From the NCBI GenBank assembly GCA_024137785.1, contig JAHRHZ010000021.1, positions 20,827,129 through 20,891,128 on the forward strand: 64,000 nt of DNA, written 5' to 3'. This DNA is from Ginglymostoma cirratum (lineage: Eukaryota). The translations under genes were made by a program, and so were the position numbers. Positions 63,904 to 64,000 of this stretch are shown piece after piece. The first letter of the stretch is position 1. Every line of letters begins with the position of its first letter. The notes beneath the pieces are model-generated. The model did not search any database and was not told the origin of the DNA. It saw only the letters and a program-made list of their open reading frames with translations.

Positions 63904-63998
63904 CTGAAGAAGGGTCTAGGCCCGAAACATCAGCTTTCCTGCTCCTCTGATGCTGCTTGGCCTGCTGTGTTCACCCAGCTCTACACCTTGTTATCTCT
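63904..63998 (+). mobile_element. Penelope-type pLTR insert starting at a hammerhead core
   Basis: CTGAAGAAGGGTCTAGGCCCGAAACATCAGCTTTCCTGCTCCTCTGATGCTGC. Confidence 0.85.
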
Positions 63999-64000
63999 AA

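Larger units (their letters stand above)
47816..64000 (+). other. HMGA2: HMGA2 intron 4 (proximal part; exon 5 not seen)
   Basis: Starts with GTATGT donor. No acceptor followed by an acidic EE..EE..SSQES.EED* tail found by eye. Confidence 0.72.

Overview
Eukaryotic, repeat-rich, almost entirely non-coding DNA from a cartilaginous fish, most likely a shark (HE1/V-SINEs, Deu-domain SacSINE-like SINEs, shark-type CR1 LINEs). The only host coding sequence I can support is a 33-nt exon at 47783-47815 (+), PQQEVQKKPAQ, with canonical branch point, acceptor and donor. It matches exon 4 of HMGA2 (human PQQVVQKKPAQ, from memory). The window is therefore inferred to be the distal >47 kb of HMGA2 intron 3, exon 4 and >16 kb of intron 4; exons 3 and 5 were not found. 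No ORF in the supplied track is a host gene; those with recognisable motifs are decayed transposon proteins (CR1, RTE, Harbinger, Gypsy). The most interesting structures are: (1) short Penelope-type retroposed inserts carrying a minimal hammerhead-ribozyme core, some as fold-back hairpins, including an 81-bp near-perfect one with a 17-bp TSD; (2) a Harbinger element with TIRs and a CAG TSD that splits a Deu-SINE; (3) a Gmr1-like Gypsy element with two nested insertions; (4) TE-poor blocks with enhancer-like motif clusters. Repeat boundaries are approximate and family names come from recalled consensus motifs, not database searches. I found no wholly new system that I can prove from sequence alone.
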